A program made the position numbers and the translations under genes. From positions 11,019 to 75,018 of IMG/VR virus record IMGVR_UViG_3300013094_000033: a DNA stretch of 64,000 nt. One strand, 5' to 3'. Of this stretch, positions 56,498 through 64,000 are shown in pieces (position 1 is the stretch's first letter; each line of letters starts with the position of its first letter). This DNA comes from a virus. The notes under the pieces were generated by a model. It was not told where the DNA came from. It saw only the letters and a program-made list of their open reading frames with translations, and did not search any database.

Positions 56498-57747
56498 GCA
56501 TAGTAGTTATCCCAACCATCCAATAGAAAGTAATTTTTAATTTCGGGATCAGCAAACCAATTCCATTGATCTAATTTTTTATACAATAAATCAGTTAATT
56601 CTGTATCTCCTGGCATGTTCAGCATACCAATAACATTACGCATTTCATTGTCTGCGTGTAACTTTTGATGTTCGGGTTCCCTGCCGTTTGATTCAATACC
56701 GGCAGAATCTGAAAATTCCCACAATTTAAACTTTTCAAGCAATCGTTGTTTGATATCTGCGGGCAAGTTTTTAACCTGCATTTCTGGGGGATAGTCTAAG
56801 GTATTACTTAAAATACCTAAGTTATTATCTAATGCCCATTGCAGGGTTTGATCGTATGTGTGTACGCTTAACGCACTGATAACAGTACGTAGAGTTACAT
56901 AATAATTCGGTGCTTGAAATTGCTGTATCTTTTTAATATTATCAATGACTGCCTGGGTACTTGACCCTGCTCGTATAAAATCGTTAAGTTTCGACGGCGA
57001 TTCTAAGCTGATACCCACGTCTACATGGCGGAATTGCTGTAGTTTTGTGAATATTTCTTCACGATAAATTGTTCCGTTAGTACTGAAGCCAAAGTAAGTG
57101 TTGGTCTTGCCTGCAGCAATTAGTCTATCAATTAGCTCTTCAAATCTGTAGTTTAAAAATGGTTCACCACCAATAACGTGTACAAATTTTAATTCTGGAG
57201 CGGCAATAATACTTTCTACCAGATGATCCCAGGCCTGCTGATTATCAGTCCAATTAAGTCTGACGGGATTAGCTTTTTCCATAAACGCAATTTTACTGCT
57301 ATAACTGGGTTCGCAGGTCCTGCAATATAAGTTACACTCGTTACCTAAACTAAAGTGAAAACTGCGAATATTAACTTCGGATAAGTTTGAATTTTGTAAA
57401 GTTTTATAGTCAGGACTGTGTGCAAATGTTATGCCATACATATGATTATTATGTATACGGCTTTTTAAATTTTCTCGTATGCGCTTACTGCTACCGCCTC
57501 CGGATTCAGCAACATAACAAGATCCACATTTTGTATCCGGTATGCCTATTAGTTTACTATAACGATCAGCATTCATAGCAGTATGTGTCATCCAGTCCGG
57601 AATAGACATTGTCTGTATGTTGTATTTGTCGGCTAAATTAGTACCAGTAATCCAATTACGTTGCATACCGCAGGTATGATAACTGCCGTCGGCATTGATG
57701 TGGACTTCAAACCACGGTACTGTACAAAAAACGTTACGTTGCTTCAA
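56494..57747 (-). CDS. Radical SAM protein with N-terminal twitch-like domain
   Basis: CNLYCRTC, IGGEPF and STNGT; N-terminal FCTVPW..DGSYHTC..KCGSC. Confidence 0.9.
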   Translation of the reverse strand: MKQRNVFCTVPWFEVHINADGSYHTCGMQRNWITGTNLADKYNIQTMSIPDWMTHTAMNADRYSKLIGIPDTKCGSCYVAESGGGSSKRIRENLKSRIHNNHMYGITFAHSPDYKTLQNSNLSEVNIRSFHFSLGNECNLYCRTCEPSYSSKIAFMEKANPVRLNWTDNQQAWDHLVESIIAAPELKFVHVIGGEPFLNYRFEELIDRLIAAGKTNTYFGFSTNGTIYREEIFTKLQQFRHVDVGISLESPSKLNDFIRAGSSTQAVIDNIKKIQQFQAPNYYVTLRTVISALSVHTYDQTLQWALDNNLGILSNTLDYPPEMQVKNLPADIKQRLLEKFKLWEFSDSAGIESNGREPEHQKLHADNEMRNVIGMLNMPGDTELTDLLYKKLDQWNWFADPEIKNYFLLDGWDNYYA

Positions 57748-58736
57748 TTACAATCCTGTTGACATTTTACTCTACATACTGGTAATGCACCAGTTGCAAA
57801 TGTTCCTATTAGTTCGTCCCAACATGGGTCTTCTAATATTTCTTTTATACTTCTTGTGTGTATGCTTATACGGTCTGCATACTTTTTAACAAATAAATTC
57901 TGTTGATATCCAGTATTAAACCATCCACAAGGATATACGTGTCCTTCAATTGTAACATTAATTTCTCTGTTACCGTTAAGACATTTTGCCCACTTGTGTT
58001 GCTTCCTATTCAAATTGTAAGTAAAAGGATCATCACGTCTAAATACAACTTTTTCATGGTAGTGTGCATGCCCTTCAACATGACTAGGATCCACAGGCTT
58101 TAACGGATCCACCCCATTGACTAGATATCGATTATCAAACTTTGAACTGCGAACAGGTTGAAAAGTGTCGCAGCCTGAATTTTTAGCGATATCAGCGAGT
58201 TTGAGCATCTTGTCTTCGTTAAATTTAAAATAGATAGTACTCCAATTAATATAACAAGTACCAACAGAACGTAAATCACGTATGCCATCTAATATACTTT
58301 CAAAATCGCTGTCGACTCTATATAGATTGTTGGATTCATTGTCCCATCCGTCTATGCTAAAAATAACGCCGTCGTTGTCATCTAACAAAGAACCTAACTC
58401 GTGCCACCAGTGGGATTTTTTATAACTGCCATTGGTAATAAGTCTAATTCGAGTACTGGAATTTTCTTTAACATATCTAACAATGTCAAGAAATTCAGTA
58501 GCATATATACTATCACCATGATGCCCGCAAAACAACAGATATTTGATCTGTGATAATACCGCAGGTGTAAAAGCGTTCTTAAACACCGCTAAGGAGATTT
58601 CTCTATTTAAAAATGGTAGTAACAATTCCGTGCGCGGACATCTGGGGCACTTAAGCACACACTTACTGCTAACTTCAACTTGTACTATATCAAGATTGAA
58701 GGATGTCGATATCGGTGTTGTAACTTGTAAATCCAT
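57744..58736 (-). CDS. Radical SAM protein with C-terminal SPASM/twitch domain (start uncertain)
   Basis: CVLKCPRC, ITNGS and FSIDG; C-terminal KC..EGHVYPC..SIKEIL..CRVKC. Confidence 0.88.
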   Translation of the reverse strand: MDLQVTTPISTSFNLDIVQVEVSSKCVLKCPRCPRTELLLPFLNREISLAVFKNAFTPAVLSQIKYLLFCGHHGDSIYATEFLDIVRYVKENSSTRIRLITNGSYKKSHWWHELGSLLDDNDGVIFSIDGWDNESNNLYRVDSDFESILDGIRDLRSVGTCYINWSTIYFKFNEDKMLKLADIAKNSGCDTFQPVRSSKFDNRYLVNGVDPLKPVDPSHVEGHAHYHEKVVFRRDDPFTYNLNRKQHKWAKCLNGNREINVTIEGHVYPCGWFNTGYQQNLFVKKYADRISIHTRSIKEILEDPCWDELIGTFATGALPVCRVKCQQDCN

Positions 58737-60465
58737 TTTCTTTGACCACGTGCAATGTGTTGTTAACTCTACCTGCTAGCTCATCTTTGTGTGACACAAG
58801 CCAAATACTTTTGTTTGCATCACGACTCATCTTTTTCAGGATAGCTAGCGAGTTTTCAACTCCACTACTATCCATACCGCTGTCAACTAACTCATCAATG
58901 AATAACAAGTTAATAGGCTGATATAGACTTTCCCACACATCACGGAATGCCCACGATAAACTTAAAATCAAACGATTGCGTTCACCACGTGACAGGTTAT
59001 CAAAGTCTAAATCTCTACCTAGTTCGGTAATGGCTACAGTTAAGTCGTTGTTAAATTTAACTGTGTGTGGTAAGCCAATACGATCTAAGTATTGTCCCAG
59101 GCGGGCGTTTAAGTAACTTAAATTCTGATCAATAATACGTTTACGTATAAAACTATCTTTGTTTGTTAATAACTTTAACAAGAACTCTTGATGGTCTTTG
59201 AGATTGGTTAACTCGTTCATCACAGAGTAATCAATTTCTTCCACTGCTTGCTCTTGCATGTCTTGAATTTGTTCTGCATAAGGATCTTGTTCAGTTTGCT
59301 TTGCAGTCAGTTGTGCTAGCAAACTGCCCATGCTACTACGATGCTCAAATGCGTCCGACTCTTTGTCATAGTATACTTTTGGCTGTGCACCTAATTCACC
59401 TAATGCTTTAAGTGCGTCAGTATGCTCTATCCATTGTGTATTAGTTGACAATGCTTGTAATGCAGCCTCTTGTAGTGCTTTGTGCTTGCTTTCTAGCAAT
59501 GCTTGTTGCTTTTCATCGTGGAAGTCTTGACCACACGCATGACACTTATGATCTTCTAAACTGGCAATTTCGTCTTTTAGCTGATTAATCAGTTTTTCTT
59601 CACGCTTCTCATCTAGCTCACATCGTTTAATCCATGCAGTACAGTCAGCAATTGCTTTACGTTTTGTATTGTAATCAGTTAATGCTGTATGTGCCAGCAA
59701 TTCAGATTCGATATCTAATTGACTTAATTCATTATAAGCTGACTGCAACGATTCAATGTCTTCGTTGTGCTTTTTAAGCCAAATACTTTGTTTACGTTTT
59801 AGATTTTCAATTTGTTCTTCAATGCGCTTGTTAGCATCACCTACGGCTTTAATTCTAAATTCTTCTTGGCTGATTGCATCTTTAGTAGTTTTAATTAAAT
59901 CTTTAAGAGCGTCAGCCTTTTCACTTAGTAATGTAATACCTAAAAGTTGCTCAATGATTGTACGTTGGTCATTGGCTTTTAATGCTAAGAAGGGCTCTGT
60001 ATATGTATTAAGAGCCACAACATGCTTAAACATGTCATGACTCATACCTAACATTCTTTCTATTTCTGCTTGCGTTTCTCTGCTGTCACCTTGTGCTTCG
60101 TCGGTGATTTCTTTTTCTACGTCACCAACGAAGAATTTCATAACACCAGGTTTACGCCCACGTTCAATACGATATTCAATACCGTCTTTTTCGAAATCAA
60201 TAGTAACCATCATACCTTTGGTATTGGTTTTATTAATTAAGTTGTCTTTTTTGATATTAGTTAGCGCATTACCATAAAGAGCATAGGAAAGAGCATTAAT
60301 AATTGTTGTCTTTCCTGTGCCATTACGTGCACCAGAATCATCGCCGCCTAAGTCTAGATTTTCACCTAAGACAAGAGTTAGGTCACGTCTATCAAAATTG
60401 ACAGCCTGGGTAGTTGCACCCACGCTCATAAAGTTACGAACAGTCAGCGTTTTTATTTTAAACAT
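58690..60465 (-). CDS. gp46: Recombination endonuclease ATPase subunit, gp46 (SbcC/Rad50-like)
   Basis: NFMSVG, Walker A NGTGKTT, Zn-hook CHACG, signature LSRGE, Walker B LLFIDE and His-loop VSH. Confidence 0.95.
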   Translation of the reverse strand: MFKIKTLTVRNFMSVGATTQAVNFDRRDLTLVLGENLDLGGDDSGARNGTGKTTIINALSYALYGNALTNIKKDNLINKTNTKGMMVTIDFEKDGIEYRIERGRKPGVMKFFVGDVEKEITDEAQGDSRETQAEIERMLGMSHDMFKHVVALNTYTEPFLALKANDQRTIIEQLLGITLLSEKADALKDLIKTTKDAISQEEFRIKAVGDANKRIEEQIENLKRKQSIWLKKHNEDIESLQSAYNELSQLDIESELLAHTALTDYNTKRKAIADCTAWIKRCELDEKREEKLINQLKDEIASLEDHKCHACGQDFHDEKQQALLESKHKALQEAALQALSTNTQWIEHTDALKALGELGAQPKVYYDKESDAFEHRSSMGSLLAQLTAKQTEQDPYAEQIQDMQEQAVEEIDYSVMNELTNLKDHQEFLLKLLTNKDSFIRKRIIDQNLSYLNARLGQYLDRIGLPHTVKFNNDLTVAITELGRDLDFDNLSRGERNRLILSLSWAFRDVWESLYQPINLLFIDELVDSGMDSSGVENSLAILKKMSRDANKSIWLVSHKDELAGRVNNTLHVVKENGFTSYNTDIDILQS

Positions 60466-60500
60466 CTATAGAGTATAGCAGAGTTGTTACTTAAGTTCAA
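60466..60500 (-). promoter_or_regulatory. Sigma70-like promoter giving a leaderless gp46 mRNA
   Basis: TTGAAC-N17-TATACT with TG extension, then 6 nt to the ATG; no SD. Confidence 0.6.
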
Positions 60501-61443
60501 TGTTATTGGTTTTCAAGTACGTGATATAGTTTTCACCATATGTCTTGTAAAACTTTTTAAATTCATGAATTGATGTATGCCATGGCAAATATCCAATTGG
60601 ATCCAGTGCTTCGTCCATTTTATGTGTGTTTATCACTTCAACAATGTCTCGTTGAATTTGATTTTTTACATTGTCTGGTAAATTTGAACTTGTAGCAAAC
60701 ACCATGAATGGGTTCAACATTGTTAATTTTTTACCTGTAAATTCTGATAGTGTAGGAACATCAGGAAAACGTGAATCACGATGATCAGACACAACAGCAA
60801 TATAATTTAATTTGCCGGCAGCCAATAACTGTCTTGTTGATGCAACAGTAGTAAAACTATACGTCATTAATCCATTTGACAAATCAGTAAACCATTGGCC
60901 ATAGTCTCTATAAGGTACATGAACTCCTGCAACATCAAATGCTTTACTTAGTACGATTCCATCTACGTGTGCTTGGCTTCCAATTGCCCATGAACCATAA
61001 GCAGGATTCTTTTGTAAGGCTGTTTTAAATTGATCTAAATTTTTAATATTTGGTGGTGTAACCAACATCATGTCAGCTTTGATAAATCCCATAAATGGAT
61101 CTATAGGCTTTAATAAATCCAATTGATTGGTAACAACTGGATACACAGCTAAATTATCTACTGTACCAAAGTAAATAGTTGCTTCAGCTGGTTCTTTAGC
61201 AAACGCAACCAACGATACAATACCATTGCCCCCGGGTCGATTGTCGATTATAACAGATGTTTTCCATTTTTCTGACAAATCTTGTGCTACTTTTCTAAGT
61301 GCATTGTCGGGCCCGGACCCCACCGGCATTGAACTAACAAATTTAACAGTTGCTGGCGGAGTCCATGCATCTTGTGCTTGCACACATGCTCCTACGAGTC
61401 CTAACATTAATAATGCTAGAGTTTTGTTGATAATTGATTTCAT
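60487..61443 (-). CDS. Bug/TctC family tripartite tricarboxylate transporter substrate-binding protein
   Basis: Signal peptide; PVGSGPD..R, IDNRPGGNG, YGSWAIGS..H, HVPYR and R..FPDVPTL.E motifs. Confidence 0.88.
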   Translation of the reverse strand: MKSIINKTLALLMLGLVGACVQAQDAWTPPATVKFVSSMPVGSGPDNALRKVAQDLSEKWKTSVIIDNRPGGNGIVSLVAFAKEPAEATIYFGTVDNLAVYPVVTNQLDLLKPIDPFMGFIKADMMLVTPPNIKNLDQFKTALQKNPAYGSWAIGSQAHVDGIVLSKAFDVAGVHVPYRDYGQWFTDLSNGLMTYSFTTVASTRQLLAAGKLNYIAVVSDHRDSRFPDVPTLSEFTGKKLTMLNPFMVFATSSNLPDNVKNQIQRDIVEVINTHKMDEALDPIGYLPWHTSIHEFKKFYKTYGENYITYLKTNNIELK

Positions 61444-62621
61444 AATAAATTAAATTCTCCTATTTTATAAAATTGTGAAGTCATGCCGGTTATACCATCA
61501 CGTTTGCCTACAGAATTGTAAGTGATGTATTTTTTGTCAATTTGTTGCTCGATATAATCTAAACTGTATTCCCAAGAACCAATCACAGACGAATCTGCAT
61601 TGGCATCAGTATACATCCAATTATCTAACTCGCACCAAACCAAACTAGATGGTTTTTTTACTTGGAAACGATTTTGATCCCAATAGGGATATATGAGATT
61701 GCGTACCATTACTTCATACTGATTACGCAACTCGTATGATTTTGATGCTTCGGGGGAAATCATCGGTAACAAATGTACATTTTGTTTCATGTAATTCATA
61801 ATATGATGCGTCTGCACCTTAATAACTTCAGGCATATCCGGAGACCAATAAAATAACTCAGTGGCTCCGTATGTTTCATCGTACCCATCAAAGTTTACCA
61901 TGGTACTGACCATTGCATCTAAATAAAATACAAAGAAATTGCCGCCAGTGTAGCACATACGAGGCTTGTCAACTCCGTATAATTGACAGCCTTTAACGCC
62001 TTTGTCGTTGAATTTACGCTTATAGATATCTAGTGCTTTCCAACGCATTGCATGACTTGGACTCAGTTGTGCACCAGGACCTTTAAGAAACCAAGGATTG
62101 TTTTCAGCATCACTGCTGGTCCAAAAATCAATTTGATCATCGCTGTGATCATACAGCTCAATATGTATTTCGGGATGATTTTTCTTAATGTACTGTATAT
62201 CGGGTAGAGCAGTTAGATACCATTCACTCATATGGTTTCCGGCGTCTCGGTTAGTAGTAACTTCAAATACTTTTTCTGTGCGTTTCCAAGGATTGCGAAC
62301 ACAAATTTCATCAAGTTTGATGTTATTTTCTAAGAATGCTTTTAACACATTGTGACTATCTGCACCACCACTGTAGTTGAGAACAATATAATCATACTTT
62401 TCTCTAAGTTGTAGCGCACGATTTTTATAAACTTCTTTGAGACTTAACGTTGGAGGTGTTGTCCAATCAAATTTGTCTAGAATATCATTATTAAATACCC
62501 ATTGGCATGGTTTGTTGGTACGTTTCGATTCTGCTAACGCTTCAATTTTGTTAACAAACATCTGTACACCAACGGTGTAATAACCAAATCGTGGTATAAT
62601 TTTATTATCTAAGAGTTGCAC
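61440..62621 (-). CDS. PP-loop (adenine nucleotide alpha-hydrolase-like) protein
   Basis: IVLNYSGGADSHNVL (SGGxDS), G.DKP and ELFYWSPD; GTG start adjoining the gp47 stop. Confidence 0.7.
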   Translation of the reverse strand: MQLLDNKIIPRFGYYTVGVQMFVNKIEALAESKRTNKPCQWVFNNDILDKFDWTTPPTLSLKEVYKNRALQLREKYDYIVLNYSGGADSHNVLKAFLENNIKLDEICVRNPWKRTEKVFEVTTNRDAGNHMSEWYLTALPDIQYIKKNHPEIHIELYDHSDDQIDFWTSSDAENNPWFLKGPGAQLSPSHAMRWKALDIYKRKFNDKGVKGCQLYGVDKPRMCYTGGNFFVFYLDAMVSTMVNFDGYDETYGATELFYWSPDMPEVIKVQTHHIMNYMKQNVHLLPMISPEASKSYELRNQYEVMVRNLIYPYWDQNRFQVKKPSSLVWCELDNWMYTDANADSSVIGSWEYSLDYIEQQIDKKYITYNSVGKRDGITGMTSQFYKIGEFNLL

Positions 62622-63638
62622 TTATAAGTTCCTATATATGTCTAGCAACAGGTCTGGGTTATATTGTTTACTGTCAATTGTGTTTAGTTGACTATAAACA
62701 ATTTGATCTACACTTTCAAATTCTATGTTGCCTTGAATTTCATATTCTGTTAAATCAGTTACTTTAGCCGGAATAAGTGTAATCTCTCTTAAGCCGTAAG
62801 TGCTGATAAATGTTTCTTTAATAAATGTTGCTTCTTCGTAGCTGATATCAATATCTAAGTTAACACGTACATGCATATTCGGTTGCAACATTGCTTCGGT
62901 ATGCTTTAATACATCACTTAATTGGAAAACGCGATACAAGGGTTGGTTGGGCCATGCATAATACTCGGGTGGCTTGCCCCACTCTAATATGGTAAGTCCG
63001 CGATCGTCGTCTCCAGCATCTGCGTAATTGTGCGGAAAGCAATTTCCAATGTAGGTGATATTCTTTTGTGTTTGTCTTTTGTGAAAATGTCCGGTATAGA
63101 CGTGTTCAAAATTTGAAAAATGTTCTCTGCGTATCTCACCATGTTCGGGCATGGCTACCATAGCATTCATTAAGTATCCGGGCAGTTCGAAGTGCCCAAA
63201 CATATATTTACCTTTTAATTTAGGAATTCTCTTATGATCGTCAGAAACCAACCAAGGAGCAATAACCACATCGCCACTGCTAAACCAGTCGTTACATATT
63301 TGTACATTAGGGAGATGTTTGGCCCACTCCACGCTTTGTACGTCTCGTTTGTCGCGATAATACAAGTCATGATTACCAGGAATAAAATATACACAATCAA
63401 AATTGTCATTTAAATGCTCTAGTCCTTTAAGTGAGTACCCTAGTGTGAGTACATTAATTGATGCCCTATTGTTGTGATAATCTCCTAAAAAGAAACACGT
63501 CTCACATCCTTCCTCTTTTGCCTTACTAGTAGCCCACTTTATAAAGTTAAGACAATCTTCATTGTGTTGTGTGCTATTTGACTTTAAGCCAAAGTGAATG
63601 TCTGTTATCAACATTGCCTTTTTGAATAAATTACTCAT
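62622..63638 (-). CDS. gp47: Recombination endonuclease nuclease subunit, gp47 (SbcD/Mre11-like)
   Basis: Metallophosphoesterase motifs TDIHFG, LGD, GNHD, GHFE and GHFH. Confidence 0.95.
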   Translation of the reverse strand: MSNLFKKAMLITDIHFGLKSNSTQHNEDCLNFIKWATSKAKEEGCETCFFLGDYHNNRASINVLTLGYSLKGLEHLNDNFDCVYFIPGNHDLYYRDKRDVQSVEWAKHLPNVQICNDWFSSGDVVIAPWLVSDDHKRIPKLKGKYMFGHFELPGYLMNAMVAMPEHGEIRREHFSNFEHVYTGHFHKRQTQKNITYIGNCFPHNYADAGDDDRGLTILEWGKPPEYYAWPNQPLYRVFQLSDVLKHTEAMLQPNMHVRVNLDIDISYEEATFIKETFISTYGLREITLIPAKVTDLTEYEIQGNIEFESVDQIVYSQLNTIDSKQYNPDLLLDIYRNL

Positions 63639-63646
63639 TACATCCT

Positions 63647-64000
63647 TTATCTACAATCCACGAGCGGATCTCGTAATTTTACTATCTTGTATCCCTTGAA
63701 GTCAATTTTTTTGGCACATACTCGTAATCCGTATTGAACATCGATGCCAATCTCTCTTGTAGCCGATCCACATGAGTTGTAAATTTTTATACTACCATCA
63801 GGAAATGTGATTTGAACTTGATACCCGTATTTTGAATGTTGTTCTTTTTCTTTCTCGGTAAACCCAATAGTAGCAATGCGATCTAGTCGAGTTTGTATTT
63901 TTTGCTTATATGATTTTTTTTCTGCTTTACTTAAGCCATTTTTGGCATGTTTCTTTTTTAATGTTTCGGCTCTTTTTATTATATGGTCTGAAGTAATATA
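63647..64000 (-). CDS. 3' end of a probable homing endonuclease (basic region plus NUMOD1-like HTH); truncated by the window end
   Basis: Open frame of 117 aa ending ...QITFPDGSIKIYNSCGSATREIGIDVQYGLRVCAKKIDFKGYKIVKLRDPLVDCR*. Confidence 0.55.
   Translation of the reverse strand, partial: YITSDHIIKRAETLKKKHAKNGLSKAEKKSYKQKIQTRLDRIATIGFTEKEKEQHSKYGYQVQITFPDGSIKIYNSCGSATREIGIDVQYGLRVCAKKIDFKGYKIVKLRDPLVDCR

Noticed and set aside
1436-62621. Assigning the rSAM and PP-loop genes to the 7-deazaguanine (QueC/QueE) DNA-modification pathway
   Set aside because: The PP-loop protein lacks the C-terminal QueC Cys cluster, the rSAM proteins are larger with extra Cys domains, and no folE, queD or dpdA genes are in the window.
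4865-63409. The many 60-177 aa opposite-strand or nested ORFs in the track (e.g. 47529-48062, 29531-29992, 15081-15458, 52727-53122)
   Set aside because: They are shadows of codon-biased real genes, with no RBS, promoter or recognisable motifs.
1-64000. Stop-codon reassignment (alternative genetic code), as seen in some large phages
   Set aside because: Core genes (gp17, gp18, gp20, gp23, gp46, gp47) are full length under the standard code, and TAA, TAG and TGA all end genes at sensible boundaries.
1-64000. CRISPR array, TIGR-like array or tRNA genes
   Set aside because: I saw no regularly spaced repeat-spacer units and no cloverleaf/TTCGA-type tRNA signatures in the few intergenic gaps. 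The twin GGATGAA motif occurs only twice.

Overview
This window is 64 kb of a large T4-like (myovirus-type) tailed-phage genome. It is AT-rich, uses the standard genetic code and lies mostly on the minus strand. It holds most of the virion morphogenesis region: portal gp20, prohead core, protease gp21, scaffold gp22, major capsid gp23, terminases gp16/gp17, gp4, neck gp13/gp14/gp15, sheath gp18, tube gp19, tape measure, hub chaperones gp26/gp51 and a run of Ser/Thr/Gly/Asn-rich fibre genes. DNA-metabolism genes include gp32, gp46/gp47, a dNMP kinase, a Nudix hydrolase and HNH/GIY-YIG nucleases. Mixed in is an unusually rich set of tailoring enzymes: six radical SAM proteins (one cobalamin-binding), two sulfotransferase-like proteins, a degenerate adenylation enzyme, a PP-loop ATPase, a Maf/DUF115-like protein and a Bug/TctC solute-binding protein that suggests a betaproteobacterial host. 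The most notable unexplained signals are: (1) an ORF-free, densely base-paired, pseudoknotted RNA-like element of about 430 nt at 53815-54245, downstream of a rSAM/GIY-YIG operon; (2) an apparent -1 programmed frameshift (T TTT TTC) joining the gp26-like and gp51-like genes; (3) a shared (R/S/I)-(L/I)-AG(L/I) helix motif and T4-like N-terminal capsid-targeting motifs across putative internal head proteins; (4) widespread leaderless or near-leaderless genes and promoters embedded in hairpins; (5) structured leaders on gp32 and on the gene at 41558-42259. All assignments come from reading motifs by eye; no database search or folding program was run.
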